From IMG/VR virus record IMGVR_UViG_3300025276_000022: a stretch of DNA of 64,000 nucleotides, one strand, 5' to 3'. A program made the position numbers and the translations under genes. The DNA comes from a virus. Under the pieces are notes generated by a model that ran no database searches, was not told the origin of the DNA, and was given only the letters and a program-made list of their open reading frames with translations. How positions within the stretch are numbered: position 1 is the stretch's first letter; every line of letters starts with the position of its first letter. Positions 58,385 through 64,000 of the stretch are shown one piece after another.

Positions 58385-59735
58385 CGATTCGTATATGAGG
58401 AAGGTCGCCCCCTTCCTCTCCCCCGAATACTTTGAGGGTACTTACAAAAGTATCTTCAAAGAGTTCACTACCTATATTGCCAAGTACAATAACCTCCCCT
58501 CTAAAGAAGCTCTCAAGATTGAGATTGATTCGGAAGGTAGAATGTCCGATGAACACTATCGTCACACTATGGACATTCTACCGGACATCTTTAATTTCGT
58601 TGAGGAAGACTTGACGTGGTTGGTAGAGCGTACTGAGAAGTGGTGTCAGGATCGCGCAGTATTCAATGCAGTGATGGAGTCTATCTCTATCATCGATGGT
58701 AAACACCAAGAACTTTCCAAGAATGCTATTCCCGAAGTACTGTCCAAAGCACTGTCAGTGTCCTTTGATACTAACATTGGTCATGACTATCTCGAAAGTG
58801 TAGATTCTCGTTGGGACTATTACCATACTGATGAAGAGAGAATGCCTTGGGATTTGGATTACTTCAATCGTATTACGAAAGGTGGATTGCCTAAGAAGAC
58901 TCTTAACATCGCACTCGCTGGTACTGGTGTTGGTAAATCGTTGTTTATGTGTCATGCCGCAGCTGCAGCATTAAGTCAAAATAAGAACGTTCTCTATATT
59001 ACTATGGAGATGTCCGAAGAACGTATCGCAGAAAGAATCGATGCTAACTTACTGAACGTCCCTATGGATCAACTTGAACATCTTAGTAAGGATATGTTTT
59101 CAAGTCGTGTTAAGAGTATCGCAGATAAAACCACGGGCAAACTTATTATTAAAGAATACCCGACTGGTAGTGCACACTCAAACCACTTCCGTGCACTTCT
59201 AAACGAGTTAAAGTTGAAGAAGAAGTTCTTACCCGATATCATCTTTATTGATTACCTGAACATATGCTCGTCGTCTAGGATGAAGGCTATGGGTGGTTCT
59301 ATCAATTCATATACATATATAAAGTCTATTGCAGAAGAGCTGCGAGGTCTTGCTGTCGAGTTTGATGTTCCGGTAGTGTCTGCAACTCAGACTACACGGT
59401 CTGGTTATAGTAATGACGACGTAGGACTAGAGGATACTTCTGAGTCGTTTGGATTGCCTGCTACTGCGGATCTGATGTTTGCCTTGATTAGTAATGATGA
59501 ACTGAATGCGCAGGGTCAGATAATGGTCAAGCAGTTAAAGAATAGATATAATGATATTGGTCAGAATCAAAGATTTGTATTAGGTATTGACCGTAGTAAG
59601 ATGAGGTTGTTTGATGTGGATCAAAACGATTCACCACTAAATAAAGAAGTAGATCATGGCCCAGTTTTTGATAACTCTAACTCAGGCCAACGAATTTCTT
59701 CTGAGAGGATGAACTTTGACGGTTTCAAACTATAA
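58335..59735 (+). CDS. gp41: Replicative DnaB-like helicase
   Basis: AGTGVGKS; ITMEMSEE; IDYLN; SATQTTR; SESFGLPATAD; KNRY. Confidence 0.96.
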   Translation: MTDINLQQTILRNLLTNDSYMRKVAPFLSPEYFEGTYKSIFKEFTTYIAKYNNLPSKEALKIEIDSEGRMSDEHYRHTMDILPDIFNFVEEDLTWLVERTEKWCQDRAVFNAVMESISIIDGKHQELSKNAIPEVLSKALSVSFDTNIGHDYLESVDSRWDYYHTDEERMPWDLDYFNRITKGGLPKKTLNIALAGTGVGKSLFMCHAAAAALSQNKNVLYITMEMSEERIAERIDANLLNVPMDQLEHLSKDMFSSRVKSIADKTTGKLIIKEYPTGSAHSNHFRALLNELKLKKKFLPDIIFIDYLNICSSSRMKAMGGSINSYTYIKSIAEELRGLAVEFDVPVVSATQTTRSGYSNDDVGLEDTSESFGLPATADLMFALISNDELNAQGQIMVKQLKNRYNDIGQNQRFVLGIDRSKMRLFDVDQNDSPLNKEVDHGPVFDNSNSGQRISSERMNFDGFKL

Positions 59736-59745
59736 GGAGTCCAAC

Positions 59746-59943
59746 ATGGATCCAGTTACGCAAACTATTCTTACACTAGTGCTAATGTTTATTGCCAATA
59801 TGGTAGGTAAACGAATTGGTAGAAATGAAGGTATATCCGCAGCTGTTACGTATATGATAGATATGGGTGCCTGCACAGAAAAAGACTTAACTAAAGCAAA
59901 CGAAAAGTTTATGGATGATATGTCAGAAGAGGATGATTATTAA
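59746..59943 (+). CDS. Small hypothetical protein with N-terminal hydrophobic segment
   Basis: AAGGAG RBS before MDPVTQ. Confidence 0.6.
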   Translation: MDPVTQTILTLVLMFIANMVGKRIGRNEGISAAVTYMIDMGACTEKDLTKANEKFMDDMSEEDDY

Positions 59944-59945
59944 AT

Positions 59946-60623
59946 ATGAGTGAAGTTGTAATTCGTAATAAAGAAATGTTGGATGTCCTGAATGGATTCT
60001 CTGATGAGTTGTTGTCTAAACCATCTTATAACGATGAGAAATACTGGACGTATCATGAGCGCAGTGATATCACTAAAGGCGACTACTACACTTCTCGTTT
60101 ATACTTAGACGATTGTCTCTCTAGATATCCTGAACTAGTAGGGCCGCCTGACAGATACTTTGCACAACCTATATCTAAAATGGTTCGTGCGGATAAGGAA
60201 ATGTGGGGTGCGTTTATGCAGAAGGTCAAATACGACTTCGCTGCAGAAATTGGTGCACATACATCCGCATTACTTTCATACTATCCGCCAGGCGGTTTTG
60301 TTGGTTGGCATAACAATTATGATGCGAGTGCGTATCAAGTATTGTTTACGTGGTCAGAAACCGGAGAAGGGTATTTCGAATACTATGATAAGAAGACTGA
60401 TCAAATTACTCGTATCCACGATGTGCCTGGCTGGCAATGCAGACACTATTACTTTGGTTCGAGAGAAGAAGAAGATTTACATTTTTGGCATGCTGCTTAT
60501 GCAGGGTGTCAGAGAATCACACTAGCCTACAAGTTTGTTAATGGTGGCAATGTGAACAACCCCGAAGATGCGCAAGCGAGAGCAATGCGTGATATGTTAA
60601 TTGATGATATAGAGAGTGAATAA
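59946..60623 (+). CDS. 2OG-Fe(II) oxygenase-like DSBH protein (paralogue 3)
   Basis: YPPGGFVGWHNNYDA...FWHAA....RIT. Confidence 0.6.
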   Translation: MSEVVIRNKEMLDVLNGFSDELLSKPSYNDEKYWTYHERSDITKGDYYTSRLYLDDCLSRYPELVGPPDRYFAQPISKMVRADKEMWGAFMQKVKYDFAAEIGAHTSALLSYYPPGGFVGWHNNYDASAYQVLFTWSETGEGYFEYYDKKTDQITRIHDVPGWQCRHYYFGSREEEDLHFWHAAYAGCQRITLAYKFVNGGNVNNPEDAQARAMRDMLIDDIESE

Positions 60624-60904
60624 TGAAGACTAATGATGTAGTAACAGTAGTGACAGTGAGCGGTGAGTATGTTGGGAGGTTAGATAACTTTAGTGCCGAT
60701 GGTACTGTAACTCTAAAAGACCCACGTATGTTGATTACTGGTGAACAGGGTATTGGTTTTGCTCGTGGTGTATGTATGACCAGTGAAGAAAATCCCGATA
60801 CGGTTTTGTTTCAGCAGTATGTATTATGTACGGCAACAAACAAAGACTTCGCTGCCGCATGGACTAAAGCAACCAGTGGAATAGACTTGGTCGTGCCGAC
60901 ATGA
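60623..60904 (+). CDS. Sm-like hypothetical protein
   Basis: VVTVVTVSGEYVGRL...LKDPR...TSGI. Confidence 0.55.
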   Translation: MKTNDVVTVVTVSGEYVGRLDNFSADGTVTLKDPRMLITGEQGIGFARGVCMTSEENPDTVLFQQYVLCTATNKDFAAAWTKATSGIDLVVPT

Positions 60905-61140
60905 TCGGCCCTGATAAAGAAAAAGTCGCAGCTGCGGTACGAGAGATGTCAGATAGCATGTTACGTATCGACGCAGAGAAAGAACTGATGAAAGACATCG
61001 TCGATGTCACTGCCGAGAAGTACGAGATTGATAAAAAACAATTCCGTAAGATCGCTAACATATTTCATAAACGAAACCTAGAAGAGGCTCGCACTGAGAC
61101 GAACGAGGTTTTTGAACTTTACGAGGAGTTGTTTAAATAA
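60901..61140 (+). CDS. dsbA: Double-stranded DNA-binding protein (T4 DsbA-like)
   Basis: EMSDSMLRIDAEKELMKDI...FRKIANIFHK...FELYEELF. Confidence 0.7.
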   Translation: MIGPDKEKVAAAVREMSDSMLRIDAEKELMKDIVDVTAEKYEIDKKQFRKIANIFHKRNLEEARTETNEVFELYEELFK

Positions 61141-61940
61141 TGCTATTAACTGCTGGATGTAGTTTTGTATGGGGGGATGAGTTAAAAGGATTTGATCAAG
61201 ATCCCCCTGCTCACTGGGGACGCACTTTCACTTCAATACTTGCTAGGAAACTAGGTATTGACTATGTTAACCGTGGTGTGTGTGGTGCTTGTAACGATAA
61301 GATCTTTAGGGAAGTCACCGACTTCCTTCATAATGATGACAATCGAGGTAAGGTGACTCATCTAGTAGTTATGTGGTCTGCATGGCAACGTGCAGAAATC
61401 GTAGAGTATATGCCACCGGATCGTGAAGTTAAGATTGGTAGACAGAACGATGTTACACAGTACTCAGAATTGCGCACAGATTTAATATACTGTAAGAAAA
61501 AAAGAGCTAGTATGAAAAAGTGGTATGGTACTGCATACGATTCTAAGACAGATATCATGCACACTCTCAGTATGATGAAGGCACTTGAGGTCATATGTGA
61601 TGCAGCTGGGATAAAATTAATCCAAGGTGTTTTCCATAAAAGGAACTGGTCTAACATTATGTCTATCTTGACAGATGCGCCCGGATTTCAAGATAGTGCT
61701 CCATATTTAGAGGAAGAACGTATAGCCTCTATACCATATTATAGTAAATGGTTAAAAGATTCTATTGGTAGTTTAAAAGATACTAGTCGAATTGGAATGG
61801 GTAAGGGTATAGATCTATACAGTCTTTGTGTAGAATTGGATGATATGAGACCCCACGGACATCCGGGCGAAAAGACTCAAGTAGTATTTGCGAACGAATT
61901 ACTTGAGTCTTTCATTAAGTTAAGTGAAGAAAACGTATAA
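61140..61940 (+). CDS. SGNH/GDSL-like hypothetical protein
   Basis: GCSFVWGDEL; N.GV.GACN; GHPG. Confidence 0.55.
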   Translation: MLLTAGCSFVWGDELKGFDQDPPAHWGRTFTSILARKLGIDYVNRGVCGACNDKIFREVTDFLHNDDNRGKVTHLVVMWSAWQRAEIVEYMPPDREVKIGRQNDVTQYSELRTDLIYCKKKRASMKKWYGTAYDSKTDIMHTLSMMKALEVICDAAGIKLIQGVFHKRNWSNIMSILTDAPGFQDSAPYLEEERIASIPYYSKWLKDSIGSLKDTSRIGMGKGIDLYSLCVELDDMRPHGHPGEKTQVVFANELLESFIKLSEENV

Positions 61941-61943
61941 ATA
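61936..61943 (+). promoter_or_regulatory. T4-type late promoter
   Basis: TATAAATA before 61976. Confidence 0.65.
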
Positions 61944-61975
61944 TAACCAGTATAATATAACTTTGGAGTAATGTA

Positions 61976-62293
61976 ATGAGCGATAATGTAATTTTAGTAG
62001 GTATCATTTTAGTCATAGTAGGATTTATTGTTATGAGTAAAAAATCTAGCACTGGGTCAACTGGTAAAGGTACTACCCCAGTAAAGCCATCAACGCCTGT
62101 GGTAGATCGCCATGCTGAAAGCATTGCTGTACAAAGAGACATGTTTTCTAAAATGACTGTTACTCAATTAAAAGTATATGTTAAAGAAAACAAATCTAAA
62201 TTGGGAGAATCGACGGGTCGTATGCCAACTAAGAAGGCCGAACTCATTGAAGCTGCTATGCAAATATTCCAATCTTGGACTGAAGAAAAATGA
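61976..62293 (+). CDS. Membrane-anchored protein with HeH/Rho-N-like C-terminal motif
   Basis: N-terminal TM segment; SKMTVTQLK.Y.K...KKAELIEA. Confidence 0.55.
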   Translation: MSDNVILVGIILVIVGFIVMSKKSSTGSTGKGTTPVKPSTPVVDRHAESIAVQRDMFSKMTVTQLKVYVKENKSKLGESTGRMPTKKAELIEAAMQIFQSWTEEK

Positions 62294-62967
62294 AAACCTT
62301 TAAAACCTTCTTGAACGAAGGAGTCAATGATCCAGCAATCTTCAAAGCAGTCTTTCTTGCAGGCGGGCCTGGATCAGGTAAGTCTTTCATAGTCGGTAAG
62401 ACTGGACTAACCTCTATGGGTTATAGAGTAAGTAATTCTGACGATGCGTTCGAAGCAGGCCTAAAGAAAGCAGGACTAGAAATGAGTCCTGAGAATATCT
62501 TTTCTGTTAAAGGTCAAGAACTTCGAGGTAAGGCTACTGCAATAACTAAAACTAGACAGACTATGTATATCAAAGGTCGGTTAGGATTAGTCATCGACGG
62601 TACTGGTAAGAATCTTGAAAAGATGAAGACCCAAGCAAAAGACCTTAAAAAGATTGGATATGATGTTGCGATGATATTTGTCAACACTGACCTAGAAACT
62701 GCTATGGCTAGAAATCGCGCAAGAGCGAGAAAACTACCTGATGATATGGTCAAAGAATATTGGCAAGAGATCCAAAACAATATAGGTGCGTTTCAAAGTT
62801 TGTTCGGTAAGAAGAACTTTCTAGTTGTCGATAACTCAGATGGTAAAGACTGGACTTCCGAAACTCTTCGTGCATACAAAGACGTAACAAGATTCACTGA
62901 GGCACCTGTGGAGAATGCCAAATCTAAGAAGTGGATTGCCGCAGAAAAGAAAAAGAAAACTCGCTAA
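62290..62967 (+). CDS. P-loop kinase (zeta-toxin/AAA_33-like)
   Basis: FLAGGPGSGKS; LVIDGTG; A.ARN.AR.R; MKTFKTFLNE N-terminus. Confidence 0.75.
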   Translation: MKTFKTFLNEGVNDPAIFKAVFLAGGPGSGKSFIVGKTGLTSMGYRVSNSDDAFEAGLKKAGLEMSPENIFSVKGQELRGKATAITKTRQTMYIKGRLGLVIDGTGKNLEKMKTQAKDLKKIGYDVAMIFVNTDLETAMARNRARARKLPDDMVKEYWQEIQNNIGAFQSLFGKKNFLVVDNSDGKDWTSETLRAYKDVTRFTEAPVENAKSKKWIAAEKKKKTR

Positions 62968-62974
62968 GAAATGA

Positions 62975-63003
62975 TTGACAAGGGAAGTTCATTGTAGTAT
63001 AAT
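62975..63003 (+). promoter_or_regulatory. sigma70 promoter
   Basis: TTGACA-17 bp-TATAAT. Confidence 0.8.
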
Positions 63004-63028
63004 GACACTCTAACACAGAGGAACTACA

Positions 63029-63154
63029 ATGAACTACCAGTCGAATCTCGCTAAAGAATATGCTCTCCTACTATCTAAGGTAGGGGACAGCCCCACCCCC
63101 AAACAACAAAAGAAATTAGATAAACTTCTAAAACTTTTGCGAAAAACTGTTTGA
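63029..63154 (+). CDS. 41-aa basic small protein (MNYQSNLAKEY...)
   Basis: Own promoter and GAGGA RBS; below the ORF-track cutoff. Confidence 0.6.
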   Translation: MNYQSNLAKEYALLLSKVGDSPTPKQQKKLDKLLKLLRKTV

Positions 63155-63179
63155 CATCTTCCCCCAATAAGTGTATAAT
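63151..63179 (+). promoter_or_regulatory. sigma70 promoter
   Basis: TTGACA-17 bp-TATAAT. Confidence 0.8.
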
Positions 63180-63207
63180 AGCTTCTTAATCTTAGGAGAA
63201 CTTTATA

Positions 63208-63750
63208 GTGCGTATATATATCTTGATTTCTATTCTTGTCTTTATTGGCAACAGTCTTGCCTTTGTAGGTTACATTAATTTTGTTCATGCAGAAACACCT
63301 GATATACAAGACGAAAGAGAACTTGAATGTCTCGCAATGAATATATACCATGAGGCAAGAAGCGAAAGTCTTGCTGGACAATATGCAGTCGCAGACGTTA
63401 CCCTAAATAGAATGCAGGATAGACGATACCCATCAACGATATGTGGTGTTGTCGAACAAGCTGTATTGAGTCAGTGGGGTCTCGATAGAGGTCTAGAAAT
63501 ACCAAAGAAGAATATGTGTCAGTTCAGTTGGTATTGTGACGGTCTTTCGGACGAACCACTAGAAACATACTCTTGGTTACGTGCAAAAGATATTGCACAT
63601 GATATGATGTACTATAGCAAGCATAATGGTTTAACAGAAGGATCTACGCATTACCATGCTAACTATGTAAATCCGACGTGGAGTTACCACGAGAAGATGA
63701 GACTTATAGGTAGGATTGGTGATCACATTTTCTATAAAGAGGAATACTAA
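63208..63750 (+). CDS. Cell wall hydrolase, SleB/Hydrolase_2 family
   Basis: Signal/TM segment; CLAMNIYHEARSE; VTLNR....YP.TICGVV; CQFSWYCDG; HYHA.YV.P.W; IGDHIFY. Confidence 0.9.
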   Translation: MRIYILISILVFIGNSLAFVGYINFVHAETPDIQDERELECLAMNIYHEARSESLAGQYAVADVTLNRMQDRRYPSTICGVVEQAVLSQWGLDRGLEIPKKNMCQFSWYCDGLSDEPLETYSWLRAKDIAHDMMYYSKHNGLTEGSTHYHANYVNPTWSYHEKMRLIGRIGDHIFYKEEY

Positions 63751-64000
63751 TGACAATCGATTATGCATCACTTCCAACAGGTTTATTCTCGGAAGACACG
63801 GACGTAGATAATGCATATATATTATACGATCACACAGGCGGATTAATCTGTGTGTACGGTGACGCAGAACGGGCAATAGATCGTGCCGCAGAAGAGATCA
63901 CCAAAGATTACCAGTATGATACTGTACATGTTGATGTGTTCGATTGGGCAATCATGGTACGAAGTTCTATTGGAGAAATTACCATTTTAGTAGAAAAGAT
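63750..64000 (+). CDS. Hypothetical protein, 3' truncated (MTIDYASLP...)
   Basis: GAGGA RBS; TAATG coupling; frame open to the window end. Confidence 0.6.
   Translation, partial: MTIDYASLPTGLFSEDTDVDNAYILYDHTGGLICVYGDAERAIDRAAEEITKDYQYDTVHVDVFDWAIMVRSSIGEITILVEK

Noticed and set aside
23460-59735. Inteins or introns in gp17, gp43, gp41, uvsW or uvsX
   Set aside because: All are uninterrupted and of ordinary length, with no splicing motifs seen.
179-63876. Minus-strand and alternative-frame ORFs in the ORF track
   Set aside because: They overlap well-supported + strand genes, lack recognisable motifs, and look like shadows of biased codon usage.

Overview
A 64-kb segment of a large T4-like (myovirus) phage genome, probably aquatic; the host is not identifiable from this window. 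Essentially all genes are on the + strand. Order: fibre/tail-tip module (1-20.5 kb); neck, terminase, tail and head core genes gp13-gp23 and gp3 (20.6-33 kb); recombination, transcription and replication genes (uvsY, uvsW, gp55, gp47/46, gp45, gp44/62, regA, gp43, uvsX, gp41, dsbA). Among these are one tRNA-Thr, T4 late promoters (TATAAATA), consensus sigma70 promoters and several terminators, three with UUCG loops. Standout observations: (1) A 1271-aa protein whose two ~490-residue arms are residue-by-residue complementary about a central NPYMG turn, predicting a giant beta-hairpin fibre. It is followed by a separately promoted operon encoding an unknown protein, a glycosyltransferase and an atypical 2OG-Fe(II) oxygenase. 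(2) A cytosine hypermodification cassette beside the DNA polymerase: a C5-MTase with motif X Asn->Arg, a CmoA-like protein and an asparagine-synthetase-like ligase. (3) Conditional avoidance of GGNCC/CCNGG sites across the window that may reveal the target of that cassette. (4) RNA-level control elements: a ROSE-like thermometer on hsp20, probable leaderless polymerase and primase mRNAs, a start-codon-occluding hairpin and an orphan antisense promoter. All assignments come from motif recognition by eye; no searches were run.
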